5,899 bases of DNA from contig JADFSZ010000113.1 in assembly GCA_022560555.1 (NCBI GenBank), forward strand, positions 1-5,899, given 5' to 3'. This DNA is from PVC group bacterium. GTDB taxonomy: Bacteria > GCA-001730085 > JADFSZ01. A program made the translations under genes and the position numbers. The notes beneath the pieces were generated by a model, which saw nothing but the letters and a program-made list of their open reading frames with translations, ran no database searches and was not told the origin of the DNA. Positions 5,650 through 5,899 of this stretch are shown piece by piece. Numbering within the stretch: the stretch's first letter is position 1; each line of letters opens with the position of its first letter.

Positions 5650-5899
5650 TCAGTTTTTTAACGCAACACCCGTGAGATTTTGAAAAGCTTCGTAGGGTGT
5701 GTTCCAGTTCAAAACATTCCGTGGTCTTCCGTTTAGCAAATGCTGTACGCGTTTTATTTCCCGAAGCGATATTTTGTTAAAGTCTGTTCCTTTCGGGAAG
5801 AAATCCCGGATCAATCCGTTGGTGTTTTCATTCGTTCCCCTCTCCCAGGGACTAGCCGGATGCGCAAAATATACCTTCATTCGTGTTTCTTTTGTGAAT
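5650..5899 (-). CDS. IS30-family transposase, C-terminal part. The CDS continues past the right edge of the window.
   Basis: The frame is open from the edge (FTKETR MKVYFAHPASPWERGTNENTNGLIRDFFPKGTDF...LNGRPRNVLNWNTPYEAF). The W(E/Q)RGxNENTNGLxRxxFPKGTD and LNxRPRK..L...TP signatures are diagnostic of the IS30 DDE transposase C-terminus. The stop is at 5650..5652. Confidence 0.85.
   Translation of the reverse strand, partial: FTKETRMKVYFAHPASPWERGTNENTNGLIRDFFPKGTDFNKISLREIKRVQHLLNGRPRNVLNWNTPYEAFQNLTGVALKN
5650..5899 (-). mobile_element. Partial IS30-family insertion sequence (its transposase-distal end).
   Basis: This call follows from the transposase CDS above. The terminal inverted repeat should lie somewhere in 5574..5649. 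It cannot be defined because the other IS end is outside the window. Confidence 0.6.

Noticed and set aside
1-5899. CRISPR arrays, tRNA/rRNA genes, or long direct or inverted repeats.
   Set aside because: Reading both strands showed no periodic repeat-spacer pattern, no cloverleaf-compatible segments and no extended repeats.

Overview
All supportable genes in this window lie on the minus strand. The base composition is fairly AT-rich, and the signals look Gram-negative (a lipobox and Shine-Dalgarno (SD) ribosome-binding sites). Reading right to left, in the direction of transcription: (1) the 3' part of an IS30-family transposase that runs off the right edge; (2) a small secreted protein resembling the exosortase-associated TIGR04073 family; (3) a membrane-anchored glutaredoxin/GST-N-like gene split over two reading frames by a 1-nt frameshift; (4) a roughly 320-bp unexplained spacer; (5) an intact three-histidine-box membrane fatty-acid desaturase; (6) the C-terminal remnant of a large polytopic, GT-C/ArnT-PMT-like membrane protein that lacks its N-terminus and start codon; (7) an AT-rich region with a near-consensus sigma70-type promoter; (8) a tightly packed pair of genes, a small beta-rich lipoprotein followed by a signal-peptide matrixin-type (HExxHxxGxxH plus Met-turn) zinc protease; (9) a class II aldolase gene that stops where homologues continue into a fused SDR domain. 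The most unusual item is the metzincin. Its C-terminus is an exact SecA-type SEC-C zinc knuckle (CPCGSGxxxxxxCH) at the end of a long acidic linker, and a small lipoprotein gene sits 12 nt upstream. I propose this pair as a candidate uncharacterised protease plus partner (inhibitor or latency) module. All family assignments rest on motifs I recognised by eye. No database search was possible. I saw no tRNA, rRNA or CRISPR array.
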